DNA of 64,000 nt, taken from positions 59,334,001-59,398,000 of the forward strand of contig OZ024746.1 in NCBI GenBank assembly GCA_964016885.1, given 5' to 3'. Both the position numbers and the translations under genes were made by a program. Position 1 is the first letter of the stretch, and the number at the start of each line of letters is the position of its first letter. The stretch is from Eledone cirrhosa (lineage: Eukaryota). Below are positions 28,109 to 42,665 of the stretch, piece after piece. The notes under the pieces are model-generated. The model searched no databases. It was not told the origin of the DNA and saw nothing but the letters and a program-made list of their open reading frames with translations.

Positions 28109-28295
28109 GAATTTTTTTGTTTAATATAAGGAATTGTTTATTCATTATTTGTTTAATATTTTATCTTGACTCTGTATACCGTTTGTCTTTCACCGAAAGT
28201 GGATTTTCATCGCATCTCTTCTTTCCATGATATCCGGAATACATTGAGTTCTTCATACGGATTGGACACTACCGTAAACTCTTGGTAGATTTATC

Positions 28296-28353
<58 letters not shown>

Positions 28354-28398
28354 CATATATACATACACACACACATATATATATATACATACACACAC

Positions 28399-29234
<836 letters not shown>

Positions 29235-29429
29235 GTGTGTGTGTGTACGTACGCACACATATATGTATATACACACACACTCACACACATATATATATAT
29301 ATATAAAGTATATAAAGGGGTAAGAAACTGTCAGGAGAGCTGGACAGCAGGTATACAGAGAAGAAAAACAGAATCCGTCAAAGGGTGGAGGAACTCAGAG
29401 TCAACGGCCAATCAATAAATTTTAATTTT

Positions 29430-29995
29430 TTAGAGAGCGGGGTGGGTTGGGGGCAGTGTAGTGAAAGACTCCTAGTCTTCATTAAGACACTCTCTAAGAG
29501 AAGGTCACTCTAATGTAAAACCTACGACTTCGCTTGCATCCAATGATGTAGACCAGTACTACGTTTATGGTAAATGCATTCAATGTTCAGAGAATGGGAT
29601 TGGCCACGCCTTTTGGCAAAGCCTTTCCTCACTTAAAAAAGCTTCAAGCACAGGCATCGTTTGATATGTGACATTTATGCGACGCATGGTATTGCTGGCC
29701 ATAGGCAAGTCCCAGCAGATCTAAAAACCACGTCAGTGCTGCTCATGATTAAGTATCAAGCGATAGCATTACTCGAAATCGTGTTGCAGCCACCATGTAT
29801 GTATGTATTTATGTATGTATAGATGTATGTATGTATACATGTATGCATGTATGTATGTATGTATAGATGTATGTATGTATACATGTATGCATGTACGTAT
29901 GTACGTATGTATGTATGTATGTATGTATGTATGTATGTATGTATGTATGTATGTATACATGGATGTATGTATGTGTGTATATGTGTATGTATCAA
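29430..29995 (+). mobile_element. RTE-like 3' fragment with (ATGT)n tail
   Basis: Ends TACTCGAAATCGTGTTGCAGCCACC-(ATGT)n, matching the end at ~30946-30975. 5' boundary approximate. Confidence 0.6.
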
Positions 29996-30404
29996 TGTAA
30001 GGGACTGTTCTGAACTGCCTGCTGTTGAGCAACATCTGGTTTGCCTGCACTGTGGTTGAGTTTGCCTGAGCAAAGCTGGTTTGATTAGACATGAACAAAG
30101 TCATATCAGTAGACCTCATGTAGATTATGATCTGAAAAGCTGTAAGGAATGTGCAAGCAAGGGAGGTCTTAAAAGAACAAGGCAGTCAGAACAAAGCAAT
30201 GAAAAGTCCCAAAAAAGCCTACAGTTGCTATGTGTGTGCCAGAGGGTGCAAGTCTTTGGCTGGTTTAAAGAGCTACATTCATGCCTCACATTTTTTCTCA
30301 TTTTATCGGGTGATGGCAATGCTGTAACACGAGTTTGTAGCCATCATCATGATGTATGTGTGTATGTATGCATGTATGTATGTATCCCAGTACAATGTAT
30401 CCCA

Positions 30405-31120
30405 GTACAACCCGTCTCATGGTCGGGTCGTTGGCGACTAAACTGGCAACCCCACCAAGGTTTCTTGGTGAGGAGGGTGACTTTGGACATCCTGCAGGAC
30501 TAAAACCAAAACCTGTCAAAGGGCAAAGGAGCTCTTAAGAGTCAATGGCCATCCAAAATCACCGGGAGAGATGACCCCTTAGCCTTTGTCAAGGTAGAAT
30601 TCTAGGAGAAGGAAAACTCTGATATAACACCTGCAACCCTGATGGTATCCAATGATGTTGACTTGTTCTTCTTTTTGGTAAATATCATCTTGGTTAAGAG
30701 AGTGGGACTGGCTTTGTGCAGTGCCTTTGCTCACTATAAAAGCTTCACGACACAGGCATTGCTTTATATCTGGAGATCTCTCTGCACTTGTAATCGCATG
30801 GTACCATGGGCCTAGCACTATGTGTCAATAATTGTCACAAGTGTAGTGTTTGTACCAGAGTTTTCAAGTCGCTGGCTGGACTGAAAAGTCACACTCGTTC
30901 AGCGCATCGGTAGGGGTTATCCTACATGGATATAAACTAATGGCCGTACTCGAAAACGAGTTGGCAGCCACCATGTATGTATATATATGTATGCATGCAT
31001 GTATGTATATATCTATGTATGTATGTATGTTTGGATGGATGTATGTATGTATCTATGTATGTATGGATGTATGTACGTATGTATGGGTATATATGCGTAT
31101 GTATGGATGTATGTATGTAT
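30405..31120 (+). mobile_element. Internally deleted RTE-like element (5' leader joined to 3' end) with (ATGT)n tail
   Basis: RTE-type leader motif TCTAGGAGAAGGAAAACTCTGA (~30601); C2H2 finger remnant CSVCTRVFKSLAGLKSHTRSAH (~30842-30907); GCAGCCACC-(ATGT)n end. Confidence 0.6.
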
Positions 31121-31797
31121 GTAACTTAGTTTAATTCTATTACAAACTATACAAATTATACAGATTGTTTACTTGTTTCAGCGAACATATTCTACTTTCT
31201 ACAAATATATGGCCTCCGCCCTCTGTCACGTAGACGTATATATTCTACATCAATTCACACCAAATTTCAAATCCACTGTAAGTGTTTAACCAAGAAGAAT
31301 TATTGAAATCAGCATGTAACTTTGGTAACATCTCCAATGTGTGTATCTCTTGTTTGTCAGTCTCCTACTTTGCCGCTCTTTCTTTTATTCCATTTCGCTT
31401 GGTCTCTCACATACATCCTTCCACATTACATTTTCTCTGTTCCACACTTTCTCTCTCTCTCGCTCTCTCCCCCCTCCCCCCTCTCTCTCTCTCACTCTCG
31501 CTCTTTACATATATGTATATATATACTATATATATGATGACTGCAAACTCTGCTAAGAGTATTGAAATCGCTTGGCAGATTATATAGTTTGGTGCACATT
31601 TAGGCTACAGCCAACCACACGAACTAGAAGGGTGTTTTGACAACAACTGGGGGCCTTTAACTCCCAGGTGAAAAAAAAACCTACTATTCGGATAGGCGTT
31701 CACTCAACCGAGTTTCTCCGCCCTTTGCCGGGGCTCGTATTTCGGAAAATACTTATAAAGAATATATATAAAAATATATTTATATATATATATATAG

Positions 31798-31935
31798 GAC
31801 CCAGAAATAGCCGTCGAAACGGCTTGAGCTCTGCCGTCGGGGTCATACTTTTTCCTATTTCCCACTCTACTATCCTAAGTATTGAGTACTCTGGTGCGTT
31901 ATGGTCCATCTGGTTCCTTACTACAATTCCTTTGT

Positions 31936-32017
<82 letters not shown>

Positions 32018-32205
32018 ACGAAGGAATTGTGGTAAGGAACCAGAAGAACCATAACGCAGTAGAGTACTCAATACTTAGGGTAGTAGAGTGGGTAATAGGA
32101 AAAAGTATGACCCGACGCAGAGCTCAAGCCGTTTCGACGGCTATTCTAGAGTCTAGAAATAGCCGTCGAAACGGCTTGAGCTCTGCCGTCGGGGTCATAC
32201 TTCTT

Positions 32206-32209
<4 letters not shown>
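31798..32209. repeat. Three copies (+, -, + partial) of a ~140-bp repeat around TA/TG microsatellite; relatives at ~32300-32390, 43415-43470, 52204-52290
   Basis: Signature AGCCGTCGAAACGGCTTGAGCTC(T/A)GCCGTCGGGGTC and TAAGTAT(T/C)GAGTACTCT. Confidence 0.88.
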
Positions 32210-32259
<50 letters not shown>

Positions 32260-32634
32260 GATCGATTCAGTTTGAAACTTGTTAGACCATGACTCACGAG
32301 AGTACTCGAAACTTGGGATAGTAGATATTGTTATGTTATAAAGAGTCAGGGCCCGACGGCTGAGCTCTTTTCAACAGCTAGTTCCATATATAGTTTGTTT
32401 GTTTTTTTCATATATATTTTTGTATATACATTTTCCTGGAGTGATTGCCAGTGAGTGAATGTGTGTGTATATATATGCGTGTATGTATGTATTTGTGTAT
32501 GTGTGTCTCATTACTTATTTAGGAGTGGGTAAGATAAAATGTGGTGGTGTAGCGGGGCGGGGAGCATTAGGCCAAGTCGAAGAATTCTCAGGGGGAAATA
32601 GAATGTATTTATCATCTTCATTTATTGGGTTTTG

Positions 32635-32718
<84 letters not shown>

Positions 32719-32780
32719 GTGCGTGGCGTTCGCCATTCCTGTTGTAGGAGTGTTCAGGCAACTTGGCCGGTCCAATAGCA

Positions 32781-32842
<62 letters not shown>

Positions 32843-32960
32843 TTATTAAGGCTAAGCTTGAGTGTTATTACTTTAAAGTTTGTCCAGTGTACTTACAGGG
32901 CACTGAGCACCCTATGTGTGTGTGGAGGGTGTACAATTATCTATATGTATATATATAAAT

Positions 32961-33591
32961 ATTTTCGTTAATTCCTGAGCTGAAAACGATTCTCGCTAAT
33001 TTATATTTGTATTAATCTCCAGAGTCTAGCTATTGAGCAGTTAATTTTATTGATTTTTTCAGTTACTTATATTGACTGTTGAATAGCTCTGTTATATTTA
33101 ACCATTCTGTCGAGAGCTTTATTCGATTTGTGATATTTTGCATTCTCGCAATAATACACAACTGAATCATTCGCTTAATAGAGGTGTTACCTCCCTTGCT
33201 GAATCCCACGAGGGGTCAGTAATAGCCACACTATCTATAGCATCTTGGAGCAAAACCCGTTGATAACACGACTGCCTTGTTCATCATCTCACCAGAAGCC
33301 CAACATTCTTTATGTAGGCGGACAGTACCTGATTTGGAGTCGCAGAAACCAATACTGGATTTTACCATCAGTCCAGGGTCCGGGAAAGTATCAACACATA
33401 TATTTTTATTGTTTGACCCGAATTACTTGGTCGTTTTGTTTTGGCTGTGCGGATGATATGTTTAACCATCATCTCAGTGTGTTTGGCCCTTAACGTATGT
33501 GTAGCTCTAATTCATATGATTCATCGAGCGCTTGCCACACATATCGGACGTTGATTTTCGTTAATTCCTGAGCTGAAAACGATTCTCGCTA

Positions 33592-33599
<8 letters not shown>
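32961..33599 (+). mobile_element. ~593-nt non-coding element with 46-nt terminal direct repeats, in (TA)n (copy 2)
   Basis: ATTTTCGTTAATTCCTGAGCTGAAAACGATTCTCGCTAATTTATAT at 32961-33006 and 33554-33599. Confidence 0.85.
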
Positions 33600-33632
<33 letters not shown>

Positions 33633-33643
33633 GGTATGTATGT

Positions 33644-33678
<35 letters not shown>

Positions 33679-35324
33679 TGTGTGCGTGTGTGTGTACGTG
33701 TGTGCGTGTGTTTGGTTCTTATAATGAACGTGTTGTATAATGGATATTCGACATTCGACCGTTGATTAATAGAGGTACAATAATTACATGGAATACTTTT
33801 ATAGATTTGTAGCCTATATTTTTTTATTTTTCTGAATTTTACGAGTTATTTTCTCTACTACCTCAGCAAAGAATTTAAACTATGTGGTTTTTAATGCTGC
33901 CCATGGAGTAACATTGATTGAGGTTCGTTATTTTTGTTCTGTTTCCTTTGTTAATTTTTTTCAAATGTATATTTTTAACATATTTTCTTGCTCAATCAAA
34001 ATGTATGTGCTTTTTTATGGGTGGGGGTTCTCCATTATTTTGTTTCGTTATTTTTCTTACTTTTTTTTCGTTATTTTTTCGTTATTTTTTTAACAAATAT
34101 ATTGCTTTCGATTCTAACTAATTGTCTTTCATTTCTACGACAAGATAATTGCTTTCACTCAATGTCAACCAATCAATAATAAGATCCTTCAGTAATCTCA
34201 TTTTGCGACATATTGTTATAATTTCTTTTATTCTCTAGTTGTTGTTGTTGTTTTTGTTGTTGCTGTTTTGCTTCTGTTTGGTTTTTTGGGTTTTGTTTGT
34301 TTTTTACCTCATACGGCTAAAATTCAGAGGACAAAAAACAGCGTAATTCACGGCATTATTCAGATTATAAATAGGAAGTTATGTTGAAGACATAGAAGAG
34401 ACAATTTTGTGATTGAGAGGAAAATGAAATGTATTTGAATTATCTGATGACAGGTGGTGCCTTCTTTTCATATCTTGATAATTACCGAACCAGGGAAGTT
34501 TGTTTCTCCAGGTTCGATTCACGTTTGAAGTACTTGGAGCATTCATTTGTTCGTTCAATCAACTGGAATATCTATTGATTAAAATAACGATTACAGTGGC
34601 TTAGTTTTCCACAGACACGTGTGTACTTAAAACACATTAAAAGTAGAATATGCAGGATATAGTTTGAGAGAAAACTAATTCTTTGAATTACAATTACAAT
34701 CCATCCCACGGACTTATACAGTTTCCGTCAAGCCAGTTTCACTTCCAAAGCTTAGATCGATCTGAGGGTTTTATAAAAGACACTTTCCCAAGGTCGAACC
34801 AATGATTACATGATTGCGATTCAGACTTAGAACCAATTAGACATATACGAGGCTCGGTTGAAAAATTGATAGGTTCATGGCATGTCATAATTAGGTTTAT
34901 CTTTTAACATAGTACTTGGAAATAAACAATGTGATTAGTAATAATAAGATTTTAAATTAATGCATGCAAGATTTCACATCTTTAACATCAATCCTTCATA
35001 GTCAGCCTATGAGCATTTCAGCCAACCCTCGTACAACAATACATAAACACTACCCTCTCCACCAACTATACTCGCAGTCTGGCGTGCATCATAGCCTTTC
35101 TTATCTTCAGTTTTGTAGAAACACACCCACGCGTACAAATGTTTTCTACTTCCTTTTGCATATCACTATTTCCATAACACACCAATGCTCTAGCCTCGTT
35201 CTGAAATTTTCACTTTTCAAGATAAGTGACTTACGACAACACATGCTTTCTCTCTTATACACCTATTCCTGTTGTCTTTCTTTTCTTACTCTTGTCTATC
35301 TTCATTTTCTTCTTCTCTCTTATT

Positions 35325-35365
35325 CAAAATTCTGATGAAGGACTAGCATTTGAAACGTTAAAACT
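35325..35365 (+). ncRNA. Decayed Penelope-type hammerhead core
   Basis: CUGAUGA-AGGacuagcAUUU-GAAA-CG-UU; stems I and II poorly paired. Confidence 0.4.
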
Positions 35366-35491
35366 GTTTTCCAACTATATCAAATGTTAAAGTATTATAC
35401 CATCATTGTAATTTGTTGTTCTTCTATGTCATGATTCCTAGTTGACTTTTCACACACAGACACACACAGATACACACACACACACACAGAT

Positions 35492-35552
<61 letters not shown>

Positions 35553-35644
35553 AGAGAAAGAGCGAGATAAATGCACACATACATACATACATACACACAT
35601 AAATACATACATACATTCGTACATACATACATACATACATACAT

Positions 35645-36460
35645 TATGACATCACACCTTGAGGGATATCTCTATGCAATACAGGAACAAGAACTCCCTA
35701 CCAAATATCTGCTGCACAAAAGAGGAGGGACAGCAGCTGACAATAAATGTAGGCTATGTAAAACAAAGATCGGGGATGTAAGCCACATTGTTGCCAGCTG
35801 CGAAAGAATGTCATCTCGCTACTACCTCCCCATGAGACACGATGGGATAGCTAGAACCATCTGGAACGCACTTCGGAAAACAAAATTAACAACAAACGAG
35901 GAAGAATATATTGAGACAGATGACACTAAGGAATACTGGTGGAACCTGAAAATAAAAACTGCCACCAAATTAAAGCACAACCGGTCTGATATTGTTGTTT
36001 GGGACCACACATTGAAAACGTGTTCTGTTGTGGAGATCACCTGCCCACTTGATGTAAACGTTGTCAGAAAAATACAGGAGAAGGGGGACATCTACGGACC
36101 ATTGATGAGGAGTTTACAAATCCAGTATCCAAGATACACCTTTAGCTTCATACCCATCGTTATTGGAGCTACGGGTTATATACCAACCCGCTTGGACCAA
36201 AGTCTGACTGAACTTGGATTTGCGGACAAAAAGCGCAGCTCCCTAATTCAGTCTGCAAATGGCTGCGATAGCTGGCACCTTCAAAATTTGTAAAACATTC
36301 TTGCGATTCAAGAGATGACAATTTCTTGTCATTTACAACCTTGCCACCAGGAAGGTGGCCGGTCAAAAAAATATACTCGAAATTAAGAGAAAGAGATAAC
36401 ATACATACATACATACATACATACATACATACATACATACATACATACATAAATACATAC
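35645..36460 (+). mobile_element. 5'-truncated R4-like RLE element flanked by (TACA)n
   Basis: EGYLYAIQEQ, CRLC...HIVASC, RHD, HNRSDIVV, VEITCP, PIVIGATG; (CATA)n on both sides. Confidence 0.85.
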
Positions 36461-36803
36461 AGCTTCCATTTTTGATTCAGGTGTTAGATATCTAAGTCTT
36501 AATAACTTTTACAATAATTATACTATTATATTTTTATATAATATTTACAAATGTTAAATTAGATTATCAATATAATTAACCCTTCAGCATCATTGTATTT
36601 ATTCTATTAATTACCACCTTAATATTAATTTATTTCTCCATCCATAGAATTTATTTTTATATTTTTCTTATATAAATATAATCAGTTTTACACTAATAAC
36701 ACTGGTCAACAAAATAAACTTGTTTTTATTGGAAATAAAACTGGCCTTTTCTAAATATGTTTCGGGCGCTGATCATAAATCTGTCTTTAGCTTTTCTCTA
36801 GAA

Positions 36804-36923
36804 TAGCGTTTCTCAAGATGGCGCACGTTGTTGTTGTTTTTTTTTTTGGGGGGGGGGGGCTGTTTGGTTTTTGAGAAATCGAAGTGAAGTGTGTGACAAG
36901 ACAAAACAGTTTGAGAAACACTG
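36804..36923. mobile_element. hAT (Charlie-like) MITE, 120 bp
   Basis: TIRs TAGCGTTTCTCAA / TTGAGAAACACTG; perfect 8-bp TSD CTCTAGAA at 36796-36803 and 36924-36931. Confidence 0.85.
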
Positions 36924-38179
36924 CTCTAGAACGTTTACTTGTTAAAATATATTATAACTCCTGATCACTGACTACTTCACTCTTAATGGGGCCGTGGGGG
37001 GTACTCTCTTGACATATGTCTTGGGCTTTCTAAACCTGGCGTCTTCTATCCCTTTCTGGATTTGATCACAGCCGATTTCTTCCGGAAACAGAAAGAAAGC
37101 GAGAGCGAAGAAGAACAAGTCCAATGAAGTCGTAGAGGCGACGTATTTTAAAACTGGCAGCATCCCTCATTTTCCAGGTCTGACCTAGCCGATTTCTTCC
37201 AGAGAAAGCAGAATTAACCCTACTACTATCGGACTAGAGTAGTACTTTATTTATCAACCCTGCTAGAATGAAAGGCAAAGTTGGGCTCGGTAGTGTTTGA
37301 ATGCAGAGCTTAAAAAGGCGGAATATGAATACCGCAAAGCAGTCTATTCAATACGTTAGCGACTTTGCGAATTCACCGCCTACTTATATAATATATAAGG
37401 TGTAGTAAATAACATTTTATGAAAAAAAAATGTTTATTACTGAAACCAAAACACACAGCATACACTTCATTAATTCATACATAATTTATTTTAACCTTAT
37501 TTGTATATCACAGATTCAATTAGATACACATGTAATTGAAGAATATATATTATAGAAGTTTTTTAAGATCATTCAGGCGAATGATCTTGTTAGACAGAGA
37601 CTGTGTAGTTGTCTCTGTTGTGGTGCTTTATTTAGTTTTTGTCGAGTTTTATGTATTTTGTATCTGCTTAGTTCTGCTGTGATTACTTCATTGGTTTGTA
37701 TAATCGTTTGTTTTGTTTTATTTTCTCTCTGCATTCTTTCTATAAGTAGTATTAATTCAATGTTTTGCATCTTGATTTTGTTTCTTATGAATCTCTGTAC
37801 ATCCATGTATTCATATTGATATGTTCCCTTATTTGTTTAATGGCTGTTTTTATTCCTTCCCATAACTCATACTCTGTTGATGTGTAATACGAATATAACA
37901 CTTCACTGTAGTGTTCTGTGCATTGGCCAAACATTCTCGGATTTAACTTGTTGGGGTGACAAGGTTTATGTCTCAGGTAATACAATACATAAAACGTTGA
38001 TTAATCCATCCATTCGTTCCGCACTATGTTGCTCCTTTATGATTTAAAATATAGGGTATAATATTTTTAATAACCATAACCATACAATTTTATTCTTATA
38101 CAATTTTATTCTTAGAAGTAAACAAAGTGGTTACATCACATGTTTTATATTTTCAGGTGACACAGAATATATGAAACTA

Positions 38180-38218
38180 TCTGACTAGTTTCTGTTATTG
38201 TTGAAACTTCATCAGAGA
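38180..38218 (-). ncRNA. Minimal hammerhead ribozyme motif, weak stems
   Basis: UCU-CUGAUGA-aGUUucaacaauAACa-GAAA-CUAG-UC-AGA; intact core, ACUAGU palindrome, only 3-bp stem I. Confidence 0.55.
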
Positions 38219-38309
38219 AGGAATATCTATAGTGCTGTGTGAATTAAAGAGACATTAAAATAAGTACAAGGCGTTTGATGGCGTTCATTTAGTCTAATGT
38301 TCTTTATGG

Positions 38310-38910
38310 ACGTAGCATGACCGAATGGTTAAGCCCGCTTAACAATCATAAAGTCACTGGTACGAGTCCACTCCGTGTCATCTAGTGACATTCATCATAG
38401 TGACAAGTGACATTCATCATAGTCTCGGGTTGATCCAAAATCTGTGAGTGAAATCAGGTATATGGAAACAGCATAGACACCTGTCAGATGGAGTGTGCCT
38501 GTCACGTGTAGGGCTAGCCATGTCACATTGAATCGCCCGGACAATTATGTTATTGTTTCATGTGTCTGTGAAAAGTTCAGTCAGTGACATACACATTAAT
38601 TTAATGAGCAGAATGTTACTATGATCGAGTTACAGAAAAAGTCATCGTCAAATCGATGGAGGTGCATTCCACTCTGCTCTACTATATGGAAACAGTATAG
38701 AAAACTTGTCAGATGGAGTGTGCCTCTCAATTGTAGGGCTAGCCATGCCACATTGACTCTCCCGGACAATTATATTATGGTTTCATGTGTCTGTGAAAAG
38801 TTCAGTGACATACACATTAATTTAATGAGCAGAATGTTATACTATGATCGAGCTAGTGAATAAGTCATCGGCAAATCGATGAAGGTCCATTCCACTCTGC
38901 TCTACTAAGT
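38310..38910 (+). mobile_element. SINE family B remnant with tandem duplication (~225 bp) of its 3' part
   Basis: tRNA-like head TAGCATGACCGAATGGTTAAG; TATGGAAACAG...ATTCCACTCTGCTCTACTA repeated at ~38461-38683 and ~38685-38908. Confidence 0.6.
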
Positions 38911-39308
38911 TTAGTCTTTCGTAGCCTCTCAGACGTTATTGGTGAAGCAGAAACAAAAGAACGCAAGACTACATGGGTTTTTATTGTTATTTCGTTATGT
39001 GTATATTATGTATATTTTGAGTTTAACTGAGTTCAAATTAAATGTTGCAGCTTCCGTCATTATTCTCGTTATCATCACAGTTGTTGTTCTTGTTGCTGTT
39101 GTTGATGCCATGGTTGTTACTACTGTCGTTATTGCTGCAATTGTTGTTGTTGTTGTCGTGGTGATTATATTTATCACCATAGTTATAACAAGAATAATAA
39201 CAGCAACATAACAACAAGAATTGTTTTTCTTTTAATTCATAAATATATATATATATATATATATTTATTTATTTATATGTATGTGTGTGTGTGTGTGTGT
39301 GTGTCTGC

Positions 39309-39341
<33 letters not shown>

Positions 39342-39436
39342 TGTATATATATATATATGTTGCTACGATTTGTTTCATCTTTTCTCTTTTTTTAATAATT
39401 GCCGACATTTTGGAGTGTTGTGTATATATATCTTTA

Positions 39437-39499
<63 letters not shown>

Positions 39500-39607
39500 T
39501 TACACATATATATATATATATAGTTTATTGTATTTATATATTACTTTCATTGTATTCTCATTGTTTACAAATGCAATGTTTTTATATCTTGTTTCTTAAT
39601 GGTTTAA

Positions 39608-39680
39608 TGATCATCATCATCATCTTCTTCTTCTTCTTCTTCTTCTTCTTCTTCTTCTTCTTCTTCTTCTTCTTCTTCTT

Positions 39681-39721
<41 letters not shown>

Positions 39722-39908
39722 TTCTTCTTTTCTTCTACTTCTTTTTCTCCTTCTTCGCATTCTACTTATTTTTCTTATTTTTCTTCTTCTACTACTTCAT
39801 CTTCTTTTTCTTCTTCTTCTACTACTTCTTTTTTTTCTTCTTCGCCTTCTTCTTCTTCTTCTTCTTCTTCTTCTTCTTCTTCTTCTTCTTCTTTTTCTTC
39901 TTCTTCTT
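39608..39908. repeat. (TTC)n/(TAC)n microsatellite
   Basis: Read directly. Confidence 0.95.
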
Positions 39909-40131
39909 GGTTTGCGATATTATGTGATATCACAAAATATTGTTGAGACGAGAGTTTGATCTTTTTTTATTTGTCTACGGTTATCAAAAGCCATTTGGCT
40001 TGTGCTTAGGTCTATATGAGTGTATATATACATATACATACATGTAAATATATATATATATATATGTGTGTGTGTCTGTGTCTGTGTGTGTGTGTGTGTC
40101 TGTGTGTGTGTACGCAATACATAAATATATA

Positions 40132-40190
<59 letters not shown>

Positions 40191-40382
40191 TTATATATAT
40201 ATATGCATGTAAATATGTGTGTGCAAAAACCAAAACATACATATATACACATGCACTCACAAGTAAATATTCATACATAAAGAAGAGCATGTACGAAAAC
40301 ACATATACACATCGTACCATATATACTTATGTATACATACACATGTGTGATGGGATGAGAGGGTTAGGGTAACCAAATCGCT

Positions 40383-40425
<43 letters not shown>

Positions 40426-41636
40426 GTGTGTGTGTATGTGAGTTTGTAGTAACAGACCACGCGTTGCGTAGACATCAGCGCCAATTTATAAAATGTCTGT
40501 AAACCAACTCAAGTTTTCTATTCTAAAGCATTTATATGTATATTCTCTTTCTCTAACTACATTACATTACTTTAAGAAATTTTCTTTTTTATTCATTGCT
40601 AATTGTCCGTTACATAATATTGCGTTTACCAACGTGACCTTTAAATATTTATTTTCATTTCTTTTTGTAAACCGTCTGTACAGTCGTTCTTTCATGATTC
40701 TTGTTTCATCTTTGTAGTTGCAGGCATGGCTGAGTGTTAAGGAACGTTTCTTGGCAGCCATCATATCTTGGGGTTGAACCCACTGCATGACATCGCGGTT
40801 AAGAATATTTTGCTATTCATAGCGTCGGGTTGACCAAAGCCATGTCAATGAAATTGTGTAAATAGAAACTGTGTAGTCTGTCGAATGGCCCGCACCACTG
40901 ATTCAAATACCCAGCCTAGTCCCATATAGCAGTCTGTTTATTTGAAGTCCTGTTTCCTTTAATAACTATACCTTCTGTACAACTGCTAATTTTTAAAAAG
41001 CGTTTTTAAATATATTTCCTTTAACTTTCTAGTAAATTGCATTAAGTTTAACATTGACACATACATATCTGACCCTAAACTTTCTCGGTCTTTTGAGAGA
41101 TTTTACTGATTTATTTACAGACTTTAACCCCAGGAAATATTATACACGTTATAAGCCGATGACCTCTCGGTCATCAGAATTTTAAATTGAACTTCATCAT
41201 AAATGGTAATAAAACCACAGTTCCTTTAGGCTAACATGTGTTATGTCACCTTAACCTTTTCCTAAATTACATCAGCGTTTTCTTTACACAAACTATCGCA
41301 TACTCATCTACTGCATAATTTCTATATACCCATTTGTATTCACGTGGCTTTAGCTGACCCAGAAATATGCTATAGTTGAAGATATTTTAACCTTTTCGTT
41401 ATCATATTTCTAAGGTAAGGTAGTCTGTTTTCTGTTTTTGTCTGTAACGATAATCCAGAAATTGTAAGGATTTAGTACTATAACTAACTTGTTTATTATT
41501 AAGTTGGTGTTTGTAATCTAACCTAATAAAAATTCTTGCAGAAAATTATAATGGAACATTTTTAGATAAATATAAACAACATTGAATGGTAAATCGAGGG
41601 GTCATTTCATGCGATTTGATATCGAAAGTGTTTAAT

Positions 41637-41700
<64 letters not shown>

Positions 41701-41941
41701 CGGTTAGTCGAAGAGAGGGGTGCAGTGGCCGTAAATCATTTCAATATCTGGGGGCAAAAACAAAGTAAAATCAAACTGCAGACCTGGTCTGAAAGCTTGC
41801 AACTGTGTGAACTCCGCTAAAGAAAACCTGGAGCCAAGCGATTGTGTTAGACCAGATAACGAATGTTTTACTACTGCCCACGTAGTCTACGGCACAGAAT
41901 GCAAATTGCTTGGAAAATGACTACCACAATGTATTATATTA

Positions 41942-42060
41942 CCGTATTTCCCGGCGCCGAAGATGCTTCGTTCTCGAGGACGCACCTTAATTTTAACAAC
42001 CAAACATTTGGAAAAAATAGTAAACAACCTTCGGCCTCCAGGGCGCATGGTAAAATACGG
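41942..42060. mobile_element. Tc1/pogo-like MITE
   Basis: TIRs CCGTATTT / AAATACGG with flanking TA on both sides. Confidence 0.65.
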
Positions 42061-42253
42061 TATGTGTGTATATATATATATAAGTTTATCCCGGGTTCAA
42101 TCGGGGGTAACAACAGTAAGTAAAGTACTCAATACAAAGCAGAGTATAAATATTTAACATAGAAAGGCTTCTACAGGACGAGAACTGTTTCATTCAGGAG
42201 AAATCACCAGGCTTCCTGATTTATATATATATATATATATATATGAGTATATA

Positions 42254-42284
<31 letters not shown>

Positions 42285-42291
42285 CAGGAAG

Positions 42292-42418
<127 letters not shown>

Positions 42419-42629
42419 GAAGAAAAACGATGAAGTTTCGTTTCTATATGTTTAGTTTTTTATGGTGCATCGACCTGTGAAACGTGTTTCTCAGAGGATT
42501 GGCTGAGGGTCACCTATATAATCCCATTATATATATATGTGTATATATATATGTGTGTGTGTGTGTTTATATATATAAACGTGTATATATATATATGTGT
42601 GTGTGTGTGTGTTTATATATATAAACGTG

Positions 42630-42665
<36 letters not shown>

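Larger units (their letters stand above)
27757..28164. repeat. Perfect spacerless palindrome, 204-bp arms, centre 27960/27961
   Basis: ...TCAGAAATAA|TTATTTCTGA...; the ORF track shows the same 64-aa ORF on both strands (27776-27970 +, 27951-28145 -). Confidence 0.95.

Noticed and set aside
34438-34485. AATTAT-CTGATGA...ATAATT
   Set aside because: Stem I-like pairing but no GAAA core.
37573-37985. Two adjacent short minus-strand ORFs with coding-like composition
   Set aside because: No recognisable motif; could be a decayed element but cannot be assigned without a tBLASTx/HMM search.
41157-41178. CUGAUGA on the minus strand
   Set aside because: Part of a simple hairpin (CCGATGACC-TCTC-GGTCATCAG) with no GAAA or stem I.
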